Assembly: GCA_027623195.1 (NCBI GenBank)
Contig: JAQBUT010000005.1
Span: 31,464 to 95,463 of the forward strand
Direction of reading: 5' to 3'
Source of the DNA: Chloroflexota bacterium
GTDB taxonomy: Bacteria > Chloroflexota > Dehalococcoidia > Lucifugimonadales > JADFKI01
Length of the DNA stretch: 64,000 nt
Numbering within the stretch: position 1 is the first letter of the stretch; each line of letters opens with the position of its first letter. The notes beneath the pieces were generated by a model that saw nothing but the letters and a program-made list of their open reading frames with translations, was not told the origin of the DNA and did no database searches. Position numbers and translations under genes: made by a program. Below are positions 19,810-29,611 of this stretch, piece after piece.

Positions 19810-20259
19810 CTAGGGACGAGGTCCGAAAGTGCGCGGAGGCGTGTCCGGGTACAGCGAGAGGTGGGTATGCACTGCCAGCCAACGACCATCGCGCTTTTCA
19901 AGGGCCACGGTGGCGCGGCCAGGCCTGTAGAAGGGTTCATGGGCGCCGTCGAACCCTATGGAGGTCCAGGTAACAATGCCCCAGGCGTGGTGTTCGTCAC
20001 CTCTGGCGTGCACGTTATCCAGGTCCATTTTGAAGTTCTTAATGTTGCCCCAGATGCCTTCCCACTGGTTTTTCCGAAGGTTATCGAGACCAGAGACGAG
20101 GTCCATCTTCGTGCCGAAGGACACCACGTCATCAGCAAATATGCTCTCCGCCGAGTCGTAGTCCACCGTTGAACAGCACTTCTCCAGGCTCGCGAACCAC
20201 TGTTCGGCGGCCTCCTGCGGGTTGTCCGTGGTTATGGGCTCAACGTTGGATTGCGTCAT
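19810..20259 (-). CDS. SnoaL-like / NTF2-fold protein
   Basis: 149-aa core from the ATG at 20259 (MTQSNVEPI...). The W/F/D pattern and length are typical of DUF4440/SnoaL-like proteins. The longer ORF to 20442 overlaps the upstream gene and is Arg/Ser/Thr-rich junk. Confidence 0.5.
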   Translation of the reverse strand: MTQSNVEPITTDNPQEAAEQWFASLEKCCSTVDYDSAESIFADDVVSFGTKMDLVSGLDNLRKNQWEGIWGNIKNFKMDLDNVHARGDEHHAWGIVTWTSIGFDGAHEPFYRPGRATVALEKRDGRWLAVHTHLSLYPDTPPRTFGPRP

Positions 20260-20296
20260 GTCGGTCTTGCTCCTGACGATAAATGGCGAATAACGC

Positions 20297-21976
20297 TTAT
20301 CTGCCGCGTGGCGTAGGAGCGGCCTCCGGGAAGTGCTCCTGCACAGGTATCTCGATGACGCTGGGGCCGTTGTGGGCCAACGCCTCGCTGACGGCGTCGC
20401 CGATGTCTGAAGCGTTCTCGACGTAGTAGCCCTTTGCGCCATAGACCTCCGCCAGCTTGTCGAACCGAGGGTTAATCAGATCTACGCCAACGTAATGCTC
20501 ATCGTGCAAACGCTTCTGCTGGGCCTTCTCTGCTCCGTGGCAGCCGTTGTTAAGAACAATGCTCACGAGAGGTATGTTCCAGCGCACGGCCGTGTTGATC
20601 TCCTGCGAGGTGTACAGGAATCCGCCGTCGCCCTGGATGCTGATGGCGGGACGATCAGGACGACCCAGTTTGGTGCCAAGACCGACGCCGTAGCCCATAC
20701 CCAACGCGCCCTGCCCTGCGTAATTGAACATCGTGCGCGGCAGGTCGAAGCTAAGCCGGTCATAGGCCAGGCCCGGCGACACACCAGCGTCGATGGTCAC
20801 CATGCAATCCCTGGGCAATACCCGGTTCAGCTCGGGGTAGACCTGTTGAGGCATCATAGGGTTCTCGGAGATGCTTTTCTCCGCGTCCAACCTGGCACGA
20901 CGGCTCCGCGCGAGGCCCTGGTATTCGGACTTCCATTCAGGTCGGGCCTTTCCTTCCGGAAGCTGGCTCCGCAGGGCGTCAAGGAGTTGCTGCCCAACGG
21001 CTTTAGCGTCTCCAACGATTCCTCCAGCCACAGGGTAGTTTCGTCCTATCTCAATAGGATCAATATCTATCTGAATTATCTTGGTATCCGGATTGATGAT
21101 GCTATAGTTCCACGACGTTGATGCCTGGTTAATGCGAGTCCCAAAGGCCAGAATAACGTCTGCGCGATTCATGGCCAGATGGGCCTCTCCCGAACCCCTG
21201 CCACCGGGAGGTCCTACGTAATTGGGGTGGCTGTTGGGCACGGCATCGTGATGGCCGTAAGACGGCACCATCGCCATATCCAGAAGCTCAGATAGCGCAA
21301 CCGCCTCGTCGCTAGCCTCAGAGTCCACTACGCCGCCGCCTGCCAGCAGCAAGGGCCGTTCAGCATCCATGAGAAGCCGCACAGCCTGCCTAACTGCCTC
21401 GGCATCGCCTTGAGCCCTGGCTGCTACCGGTCTATAGGCATCTGGCCTCAAGAAATCGTCAGAGATGGTCTTGTTGTCGACAAGGTCTCTCGGGAAGTCC
21501 AGCATCACCGGACCCTGCTTGCCCGAAAGCGCCGTTCGGAAGGCCTCTCTTATGAGGTGCGGCAAGCGCTCCGTCTTGTTTGCCTGCACCGCCATCTTGG
21601 TGACGGGTTTGAAGATGTTCACCAGTTCGAAGGCCTGTGCGCCGTCCCGCCCGATGTACTCCTCCGCCGTGTCCCCTGCGATGACGATGATGGGGGCCCT
21701 GCCCTTGTATGCCAGCGAGATGCCGGTAAGGAGGTTGATGGTACCCGGTCCAGACGTGGTCATGCACGCCACCGGCTTACCTGACGCCTTGGCGTAGCCG
21801 TATGCCATTAACGCCGCACCCTCTTCATGACGGGAGTCGATAAACTTGATGTCCTCGCGACCGTAGGTCTCCGTTACCATGCTGTTGGTGGTCAGGCCCG
21901 TCACACCAAAGATGTACTCGACACCCTCGGCTCTGAGCAACTCAAGTACGGCCTTCCCGGCTTTCATCTCTGCCAT
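20297..21976 (-). CDS. Thiamine pyrophosphate-dependent enzyme (acetolactate synthase large-subunit-like)
   Basis: 559 aa. N-terminal TPP-PYR domain (GVEYIFGVTG...), central domain, and C-terminal TPP-binding GDGGFLY...NN motif. Confidence 0.85.
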   Translation of the reverse strand: MAEMKAGKAVLELLRAEGVEYIFGVTGLTTNSMVTETYGREDIKFIDSRHEEGAALMAYGYAKASGKPVACMTTSGPGTINLLTGISLAYKGRAPIIVIAGDTAEEYIGRDGAQAFELVNIFKPVTKMAVQANKTERLPHLIREAFRTALSGKQGPVMLDFPRDLVDNKTISDDFLRPDAYRPVAARAQGDAEAVRQAVRLLMDAERPLLLAGGGVVDSEASDEAVALSELLDMAMVPSYGHHDAVPNSHPNYVGPPGGRGSGEAHLAMNRADVILAFGTRINQASTSWNYSIINPDTKIIQIDIDPIEIGRNYPVAGGIVGDAKAVGQQLLDALRSQLPEGKARPEWKSEYQGLARSRRARLDAEKSISENPMMPQQVYPELNRVLPRDCMVTIDAGVSPGLAYDRLSFDLPRTMFNYAGQGALGMGYGVGLGTKLGRPDRPAISIQGDGGFLYTSQEINTAVRWNIPLVSIVLNNGCHGAEKAQQKRLHDEHYVGVDLINPRFDKLAEVYGAKGYYVENASDIGDAVSEALAHNGPSVIEIPVQEHFPEAAPTPRGR

Positions 21977-22202
21977 AATTCCTCACTTGTTCAGTACTGT
22001 AATTGGGGAAATGTTACCACAAGCCCAGGCCATTCCAAAAATCAAAGTCAGACCCTCCTAGCAGGTAGCCGGGCTGCCCGCGCATTGCCCCTGCATGAAA
22101 ATACGCAGCCAAGCCGATAATGCAAAATATTTGGTGTTGAGGGGAAATCTGCCCTATAATGCCGCCAACATCGGACTGACTTAAATATCGGAGGCAGAAC
22201 AC

Positions 22203-22991
22203 ATGAGACCTAACCTACTTAGAGAGAAGCTAAATGCTGGCAAGCCCACCGTAAGCACCCACATCCACACCACATGGCCATCGGTGGTTGAGGTTCTAGG
22301 GCACACAGGGTTATACGATTACGTAGAGTTCGTGGCAGAGTACGGGCCCTCGGACCTGCACGACCTGGACAATCTATGTCGTGCGGCCGAGCTTTACAAC
22401 CTGGGAAGCATGATAAAGATAGACCAGAGCGCCCAGGCCTTCCTTGCCCAACGAGGCGTGGGCTCAGGCTTCAACAGCGTCCTGTTCACAGACGCCCGCA
22501 GCGCCGAAGACGTTCGCGGGTGTATCCGCGACGTCATGCCGGACACGCCCGAGGACCAGGGTATGTATGGAGTCGCCACGCGACGAAACTCCTATATGGG
22601 TTACGGCGGTTCAAAAGAGTACGTCAAGTCTCTTCAGGAAACCGTAATCGCCTTGATGATCGAGAAGAGGGGCGCGGTAGAGAACCTTGATGAGATTCTT
22701 GAGATTCCCGGCATCGATATGGTGCAGTGGGGCGGCGCAGACTACTCCGTTAGCATCGGCAAGGCCGGGGAGCGCAATCACCCGGACGTCGTGGCAGCTA
22801 GAGACAAGGTTTTCAAAGCCTGTATCGCCAAAGGAATAGCGGCCAGGGCCGAAATAGGTTCTGCCGACGAAGCAAAGATGTACCTGGACATGGGTGTACG
22901 CCACTTCTCCATTGGAACTGACGTAACCATCCTGTACAACTTCTGGAAGAAGGAAGCCGACGCCATGTGGAAGGCCTTAGACGGCGCGTAG
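22203..22991 (+). CDS. HpcH/HpaI aldolase family protein
   Basis: 262 aa. DYVEFVAEYGP..., MIEKRGAVENLDEILEIPGIDMVQWGGADYS pattern of the PF03328 aldolase/citrate-lyase family. Confidence 0.8.
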   Translation: MRPNLLREKLNAGKPTVSTHIHTTWPSVVEVLGHTGLYDYVEFVAEYGPSDLHDLDNLCRAAELYNLGSMIKIDQSAQAFLAQRGVGSGFNSVLFTDARSAEDVRGCIRDVMPDTPEDQGMYGVATRRNSYMGYGGSKEYVKSLQETVIALMIEKRGAVENLDEILEIPGIDMVQWGGADYSVSIGKAGERNHPDVVAARDKVFKACIAKGIAARAEIGSADEAKMYLDMGVRHFSIGTDVTILYNFWKKEADAMWKALDGA

Positions 22992-23211
22992 GCTAATCTG
23001 GAAACCACTATGAATTGCAGCGAGCTAGCGACCAGTTCCGATCTCTTGCCCACCTAAAAATGTGTTCCGGAGTTCGATGGACTGGTCGCAGCGTAACTTT
23101 TTTGCGGATTCGCATCTCATTTAGTTATGAGCTAATTTGCATCGGATAGGAGAACTTCATGCTGAGAATAAATAGGTTAAGGATCTTCCTTCTGTTGATG
23201 ACATTGTTGGC

Positions 23212-24312
23212 GTGGCCATTCCGGCGGTTATATCGGCGAAAACTAACCAGCCACCTGTTGATGTCTCGCGGGTCACCGTGTGCCATCAACCAGGGAGCAG
23301 TGATCAGGAAACGTTGTCCATGTCAATGGACAGTGCCCATCCTCATTTCCAACATGGCGACGCGCTAGGACAGTGCACTGCGCCGGTTCCATCCAGCGTA
23401 TTCGATCCTTCGGTTGACCTGTCGAACGGATATCACGTTGCCGAGATTAACGACGGTATCTATTGGGTCACCGACGGAACCTACCAGATGATGTTCGCCA
23501 CCACAGGTGTTGGAGTCATCGTGGTAGACGCTCCCCCGTCAATTGGCGGCAACATCCTTAACGCTATCAGCGATGTCACTAGCGAGCCTATTACACACGT
23601 TATTTACACCCATTCGCACGCCGACCACATTGCAGGGGCAGGCGTTCTCCCCACGAGCGCGACTTTCATTTCGCACCAGTCGGTTGCCGAGACCCTTACC
23701 CGAAATGGTGCAGACGATACTATCAAGTTTCCGCCATTCGGATTATTCATAGGTGGTGGTCCGGTACCCCTGCCGACTTTAACCTTCACGGGTACATATA
23801 CGCTGACAGTGGGCGACAAAACCCTCGAACTAATGGAAATAACACCGAACCATGAAGAGGGGAACATAGTCGTTTTTGCCCCGGATCAAAAAGTGGCAAT
23901 GCTGGTCGACGTAATTTTCCCCGGCTGGTCGCCATTCAAGAGCCTGGCCCTAGCCAAGGACGTTCCTGGATTCATCCAGGCTCACGACGATCTCTTGGCG
24001 CTGGATTGGGACACGCTGGTTGGAGGACACGTCACGCGCCTTGGCACAAAGGCTGACGTAATTACTCAACGCGACTACGTCATGGACATTCGAGGGAATG
24101 CAATCACTGCGCTGGCAACCACAGACTTCCTCGGAATTGCGCAGCAGACCGGTTTCACTAATCAGTGGCTACTCTTTGACACATATCTAAATTCGGTGGC
24201 GCAGAAGTGCGCAGACCTGACCGAACCGGCATGGGTAGACCGCCTCGGAGGCGTGGACGTATTTACAATAAGCCACTGCCATGCCATGGCGGAAAGCCTT
24301 CGAATAGACTAA
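23212..24312 (+). CDS. MBL-fold metallo-hydrolase
   Basis: HxHxDH motif (YTHSHADHIAG) and downstream His/Asp ligands. GTG start at 23212. A signal-peptide-like ORF in another frame starts at 23159 (see findings). Confidence 0.75.
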   Translation: MAIPAVISAKTNQPPVDVSRVTVCHQPGSSDQETLSMSMDSAHPHFQHGDALGQCTAPVPSSVFDPSVDLSNGYHVAEINDGIYWVTDGTYQMMFATTGVGVIVVDAPPSIGGNILNAISDVTSEPITHVIYTHSHADHIAGAGVLPTSATFISHQSVAETLTRNGADDTIKFPPFGLFIGGGPVPLPTLTFTGTYTLTVGDKTLELMEITPNHEEGNIVVFAPDQKVAMLVDVIFPGWSPFKSLALAKDVPGFIQAHDDLLALDWDTLVGGHVTRLGTKADVITQRDYVMDIRGNAITALATTDFLGIAQQTGFTNQWLLFDTYLNSVAQKCADLTEPAWVDRLGGVDVFTISHCHAMAESLRID

Positions 24313-24343
24313 TCGCTGGTTCTTATATTCGAGCTATATCACG

Positions 24344-24383
24344 CCACGAGATGGTGAGACCACTTTGTCTCACCATCTCGTGG
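24344..24383 (+). terminator. 17-bp perfect hairpin downstream of the MBL hydrolase gene
   Basis: CCACGAGATGGTGAGAC-CACTTT-GTCTCACCATCTCGTGG. No clear U-tract follows, so intrinsic termination is uncertain. Confidence 0.4.
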
Positions 24384-24446
24384 CCTAACAACCACAGAAC
24401 TTCGGACAAATGACTTGGGTCTCAGGGCCCGCATAGAGGACTGAGT

Positions 24447-25337
24447 TTGAAGCTAGGCCTTACGATACCCAACAATTGGGGTCTTGAAGACCCGCAGGAC
24501 GTACTTAACATCGCGGTAAAGGCTGAGGAGCAGGGGTTCGACTCGGTGTGGGTCAACCACCACGTCTTCAACGCAGGCTACATATATGAGCGCCTGGGCC
24601 ACAAGCCATATTACGACGCGCTGATGACGCTGGCATACGCAGGCGCCATGACCAAGAAGGTACGGCTGGGCACAACCATCCTGGTGCTGCCCTACCTTAA
24701 CCCAATGGTGCTGGCCAAAGAGTTGGCCACGCTGGACGTATATTCAGGCGGGCGGGTCATCGTTGGCGTGGGCGTTGGAGCGCTGAAGCCCGAATCCGAC
24801 GCGCTGGGCAGCGACTACAGCACGCGAGGCCGGTACGCCGACGAGGGTCTGGCCGTGATGAAGGAGCTTTGGACTCAGGAGGAGCCTAGCTTCAACGGTA
24901 GGTTCTTCCAGTTCTCCGGCGCAGTATTCTCGCCCAAGCCGCTGCAGAAACCACACCCTCCATTGTGGATTGGCGGCACCAGCGACGCGGCGCTAAAGAG
25001 GGTGGCCCGTCTGGGCGACGGCTGGCACCCGAACCGCATGTCGGCGGACAAGATGCGCGAGAGCCTGGCCAAGCTCCAAGTACACCTCGACGAGCAGGAC
25101 CGCAGCATGGACGAAATAACCTTATCTGTCCGTGCCGAGCTTAGCGTCCTGTCAGATGCCTCGACTAACACGGAAGAGCCGCTGGTCGGAACGCCACAGC
25201 AGATTGCGGACGCCATGAAGGGCTTTGAAGAGCTAGGCGTAAAAGAGGTCGTCATGCAGATAGGTTCTTTGGACGCTGCCCACATTAACAAGGTAATGGA
25301 CGATTTTGCCGATAAAGTGATGCCTCTGGTCCGATAA
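24447..25337 (+). CDS. LLM-class (luciferase-like) flavin/F420-dependent oxidoreductase
   Basis: MKLGLTIPN..., FDSVWVNHH, LATLDVYSGGRVIVGVG, PPLWIGG motifs. TTG start. Confidence 0.8.
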   Translation: MKLGLTIPNNWGLEDPQDVLNIAVKAEEQGFDSVWVNHHVFNAGYIYERLGHKPYYDALMTLAYAGAMTKKVRLGTTILVLPYLNPMVLAKELATLDVYSGGRVIVGVGVGALKPESDALGSDYSTRGRYADEGLAVMKELWTQEEPSFNGRFFQFSGAVFSPKPLQKPHPPLWIGGTSDAALKRVARLGDGWHPNRMSADKMRESLAKLQVHLDEQDRSMDEITLSVRAELSVLSDASTNTEEPLVGTPQQIADAMKGFEELGVKEVVMQIGSLDAAHINKVMDDFADKVMPLVR

Positions 25338-25364
25338 ATCTATCCCAAAAGACTGACGTGTTAA

Positions 25365-26021
25365 ATGAACGATTCAAACCTTTCGGATGACGCCCCGGGA
25401 ACCATTCTTTTCCCCCAGTTCGAAGACCTGATATACGACATGATTGCTGTAGAGGTCAGCGGGCTTGCAGACCAACATTTGGATTTCGAATCCGACAGGT
25501 GGGGCTGGAGCGCATGGAGCATCCGGCGCAACGTCAGTCACATGGCGTCGGGCGACTTCCGATGGCTGTTGCAGCGTTGGGGAAAGCGCCTGTTTACCAA
25601 GGGCGTGCCGCAAGTGGACGACCTGGACCGCATCCTTTCAACAGAGTTCGACCGGCGGCTGGACGAGAACGTTTACTGGCAAATCGAGGACATCACAGGA
25701 GTGCTGCGGCGTAGCCTGGATCTGGCGTGGTCGGTGCTGTCGCAGGAGACAGTTGCTTCCCTGCGGAGCAAGGAGCTTCGGGTCAACATCGGCGGCCTGC
25801 CCTGGGCCGAAGTGCATCCCAACGGCGTACGGGTAGACCCTGCCGACCCTACGCAGGCAGACGTTACGCTTGAGGCGACCTTCCGCCACCGCTACTTCGA
25901 GTACATAACCCATCTGTACAACATCCAGCGACTAAAAAGGGCGCAGGGTTTGACAACCAGCGTTAACATACCCTTTGAAGGTTACTGGGCCGCCAAAGGC
26001 TGGGACCGCAGCGAACCCTAA
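25365..26021 (+). CDS. Hypothetical protein (possibly DinB/YfiT-like)
   Basis: 218-aa ORF with coding-like composition between two LLM genes. Weak resemblance to DinB-type helical bundle proteins (W/H-rich N-terminal half). Function not supported. Confidence 0.35.
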   Translation: MNDSNLSDDAPGTILFPQFEDLIYDMIAVEVSGLADQHLDFESDRWGWSAWSIRRNVSHMASGDFRWLLQRWGKRLFTKGVPQVDDLDRILSTEFDRRLDENVYWQIEDITGVLRRSLDLAWSVLSQETVASLRSKELRVNIGGLPWAEVHPNGVRVDPADPTQADVTLEATFRHRYFEYITHLYNIQRLKRAQGLTTSVNIPFEGYWAAKGWDRSEP

Positions 26022-26118
26022 CGCCCACCAACGAATATTTGGTTGAGCAAAACAAGCAACCTTCGGGCATCAACTTTGAATTCCAACACCAACCCAATAT
26101 CCAAATGAGGCCAGAATA

Positions 26119-27054
26119 ATGAAGATTGGGATGTCGCTCACGAGCAGTTACCCCGGTACCGGCAACACCAAGACCATCATGGACAACCTGATTGAAGAGG
26201 TTGAGTTGATGGCCAAGCTGGGTTTCGACTCCCTGTCGCTGGGTGATCACCACGTCACCACCAACGACTACATTCAGGTCCTGCCAGCCATGTCTCGGCT
26301 TTCAGCGTACAGCGGGGACATGCAGCTACTGCCGCTCTTCCTCCTGCCATTTTACAATCCCATACTCCTGGCGGAGCAGCTAGGAACTCTGGACGTAATG
26401 TCTGGCGGAAAAACGACGATAATCTGCGCGTTGGGGCACCAGCCCGAGGCCCACGTGGCATACCAGACACCCCAGCGAGTCCGTGTATGCCGCTTCGTGG
26501 AGACCTTTGAAATCCTCAAACTGCTGTCGTCGCAAGACAACGTCTCCTACCAGGGCAAACATTACGCCTTCGAGAACGTCTCCATCAGTCCCAAGCCGTT
26601 GAACCGACGCCTGCCCATGTGGATGGGGTGCAGCGCCGACCTGGCGGTGCGGCGTGCGGCCCGACTGGCGGACGCCTGGGTTATCGAACCCGGGTGGCCC
26701 CCAGACACTATCGACCGCAAGCTGGGCGTTTACAGAAGCGAGTTGGGAGAGTTGGGTCGCACCGACGAAGTAAGCGAAACGATTTTGCGACGGGACATCC
26801 ATCTGGCTGCCACCAATGACGCAGCCCGTAGCCAGGCTCGGGGCCTTTTCGAAAAAGGATATCGAGGCTACGGCGCCCAGCAGATGGCCGAGTCTCTGAT
26901 CGTCGGCGGACCGGACGAGTGCGTGAGCTACATTCAGAGGATGGAGGAGATGGGGATTAATCACCTGCTGTTCCGCTGCGCGCTGGACGACAGGGCGAAT
27001 GCGATGCAGACCATCCAGATGCTGGGCGAAGAGGTCATCCCCAGATTTCGATAA
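26119..27054 (+). CDS. LLM-class flavin-dependent oxidoreductase
   Basis: MKIGMSLTS..., FDSLSLGDHH, LGTLDVMSGGK, LPMWMG motifs, 311 aa. Confidence 0.8.
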   Translation: MKIGMSLTSSYPGTGNTKTIMDNLIEEVELMAKLGFDSLSLGDHHVTTNDYIQVLPAMSRLSAYSGDMQLLPLFLLPFYNPILLAEQLGTLDVMSGGKTTIICALGHQPEAHVAYQTPQRVRVCRFVETFEILKLLSSQDNVSYQGKHYAFENVSISPKPLNRRLPMWMGCSADLAVRRAARLADAWVIEPGWPPDTIDRKLGVYRSELGELGRTDEVSETILRRDIHLAATNDAARSQARGLFEKGYRGYGAQQMAESLIVGGPDECVSYIQRMEEMGINHLLFRCALDDRANAMQTIQMLGEEVIPRFR

Positions 27055-27181
27055 TGCCTTACCATCAGGGCACGGTGGCATCCAATAATCATGGTTCTTA
27101 TATTTCAGGCATGACAGATGCTAATTGTATCGCCACGACGGGTCATTCCCAGTGGAGCGAAGTGAAAAGGACGAAAACATC

Positions 27182-29473
27182 ATGACGAGCACCGCAGACA
27201 AACCCCGAAAATTCAACGTGTTGGGCACTCGCCCGATTAGGCCCGACGGCCTGGACAAGGTAACCGGACGCGCCATGTTCGGGGCCGATTTCAATATATC
27301 GGGACTGTTGCACGGAAAAATTCTTCGGAGCCCTCACGCCCACGCCAAAATCCTCTCCATAGACACCAGCAGAGCCATGGCGCTCCCTGGTGTGAAGGCG
27401 GTAGTTACGGCCATAGACCTCCCCATAGTCCGCACGACGACCCGCGATCTTTCCCAGGCACGTTCCGATGCCAGAACGGTGGCGGAAAACGATCTAGCCT
27501 ATGACAAGGCGCTTTACAAGGGCCACGCCATAGCGGCTGTGGCAGCTACCAGCCCGCACGTGGCGGAGGAGGCTTTAAAGCTTATAGACGTGGAGTACGA
27601 GGTGCTTCCGGCGGTGGTCAATGTACTGGACGCCATGAAGGACGGCGCTCCCATTCTTCACGAAGACCTGACGACGATGTACCGCACTGCCAACTTCGCC
27701 AGGGGAGAAGACACGGGCGTTAAGGGCAACATTGCCGGCCATATCCAGATCAAGCACGGCGACGTGGAGCAGGGCTTCCGTGAGGCCGACGTTATCGTCG
27801 AGCGGGAGCTGAACACGTCCATGGTGCATCAGGGCTACATCGAGCCATTCGCATCCACGGCCCACTGGACTCTGGACGGACGGGTTACCATCTGGACCAG
27901 CACACAGAACGCCTTCGGAATGCGGGCCACCGTCTCCGAGATTATCGACGTGCCCGAGTCCATGATTAAGGTTGTACCTCTTGAGGTCGGCGGCGGGTTC
28001 GGGGGTAAAGGCACCGGCTATTTCGAGCCGGTCATCGCCGTGCTTTCCCAAAAGTCAGGTCAGCCAGTAAAGGTGGTCATGTCTCGGCAAGAAGTCTTCG
28101 AGGGCACAGGCCCCACGTCCGGCGCGTCCATGCGTTGCAAGATAGGCGCGGACAGCTCGGGCCGAATCACGGCAGCTGAGCTCTGGATGGCCTACGAGGC
28201 AGGGGCGTTCCCAGGATCACCCGTGAGCGGCGGTGCATTCCCCGCATTTGGAGCTTACAAGATCGAAAACCTGCTGGTGGACGGCTACGACGTAGTCTGC
28301 AACCGACCCAAGACACAGTCATACCGCGCTCCCGGCCAGCCTCAGTCCGCCTTTGCCGTGGAGACCGTTATGGACGAAGTTGCCGAGAAGCTAGGCATGG
28401 ACCCAATAGAACTCCGGTTGATAAACGCTGTGGATGAGGGTGACCGCGCACCCACCGGCCTGCGCCACACCCGGTTCGGATGCAAAGAGGTCGAGGAGGC
28501 CATGAAGACGCATCCACACTACAACGCTCCTTTGACTGGACCGAACCAGGGCCGAGGTGTCGCTGTGGGATATCGCATGCACGCTGGCGGCAACGGGTCC
28601 TCGGCAACCATTCACGTAAACGATAATGGAACCATAAATCTGGTTACCGGGTCGGCCGACCTCTCCGGAAGCCGAATCTCGCTGGCTATGCAGGCAGCGG
28701 AGGCGCTGGGGCTGAATCACGACGACGTAAAGCCGTCGGTGGTGGACACAGACTCAGTTGGCTTCACCGCAGGCTCATACGGCAGCCGCATCACCTTCGA
28801 CACAGGACGCGCCGCCATCAAAGCGGCGGACGAGGTTGTCAGGCAGATGAAAGAGCGGGCCGCCCTTCTATGGGAGGTGCCGGCGGAGGATGTGGAGTTC
28901 TCAGATGGCAAGTTCATCTGCTCGAAGAACAGCGAAGACCGGTTCACGTTCAAGGAATTGGCCCGGCGCCTGATGGAAACCGGCGGGCCTATCACCTGCT
29001 CCGCCTCCGACAGACAGGGCGGCGTGGGCCCACAACTTGCCGGCAACATAGTCGACGTTGAGGTGGACCCCGACACCGGCAAGGTCACCATATTGCGGTA
29101 CACTACGTTCTTGGACGTCGGCCAGATCGTGCACAAGAGCAACGTGGAGGGCCAGATGCAGGGCGGCGTGCTTCAAGGCGTAGGCTGGGCGCTTAACGAG
29201 GAGTACTACTACAACGACGATGGAGCGATGCTGAATACGTCGCTATTGGACTATCGCATGCCCACTACCGTGGACCTGCCGATGATAGACACCGTTATCA
29301 TAGAAGTACCCAACCCGCGTCACCCATTCGGTCTGCGAGGCGTCGGGGAGTCCCCGATAGTGCCACCGCTTGCTGCGCTGGCAAATGCGGTTCACGCGGC
29401 AACGGGCGTTCGCATGACCAGATTGCCAATGTCGCCGGGCGCAATTTTAGAGGCGATTAACAACCAAGACTAG
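27182..29473 (+). CDS. Xanthine dehydrogenase/aldehyde oxidase family molybdopterin-binding (large) subunit
   Basis: About 763 aa from the ATG at 27182. N-terminal a/b hammerhead region (GRAMFGADF...LHGKILRSPHAHAKI), GGGFGGK motif and C-terminal Mo-cofactor-binding domains. The ORF-track start at 27125 is a TTG. Confidence 0.85.
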   Translation: MTSTADKPRKFNVLGTRPIRPDGLDKVTGRAMFGADFNISGLLHGKILRSPHAHAKILSIDTSRAMALPGVKAVVTAIDLPIVRTTTRDLSQARSDARTVAENDLAYDKALYKGHAIAAVAATSPHVAEEALKLIDVEYEVLPAVVNVLDAMKDGAPILHEDLTTMYRTANFARGEDTGVKGNIAGHIQIKHGDVEQGFREADVIVERELNTSMVHQGYIEPFASTAHWTLDGRVTIWTSTQNAFGMRATVSEIIDVPESMIKVVPLEVGGGFGGKGTGYFEPVIAVLSQKSGQPVKVVMSRQEVFEGTGPTSGASMRCKIGADSSGRITAAELWMAYEAGAFPGSPVSGGAFPAFGAYKIENLLVDGYDVVCNRPKTQSYRAPGQPQSAFAVETVMDEVAEKLGMDPIELRLINAVDEGDRAPTGLRHTRFGCKEVEEAMKTHPHYNAPLTGPNQGRGVAVGYRMHAGGNGSSATIHVNDNGTINLVTGSADLSGSRISLAMQAAEALGLNHDDVKPSVVDTDSVGFTAGSYGSRITFDTGRAAIKAADEVVRQMKERAALLWEVPAEDVEFSDGKFICSKNSEDRFTFKELARRLMETGGPITCSASDRQGGVGPQLAGNIVDVEVDPDTGKVTILRYTTFLDVGQIVHKSNVEGQMQGGVLQGVGWALNEEYYYNDDGAMLNTSLLDYRMPTTVDLPMIDTVIIEVPNPRHPFGLRGVGESPIVPPLAALANAVHAATGVRMTRLPMSPGAILEAINNQD

Positions 29474-29611
29474 TACGCCGTATAGCCGAAGCTATCCTAT
29501 GAATTGACGCTTTGGGTGGTGCGGCGATAAAATCACGCCCAACCCCCCGCTTATATACCAGGTAATCAACAGGGCTGGGGCAACGCCTCAGGTAAGGAAA
29601 AGGGTGAGATC

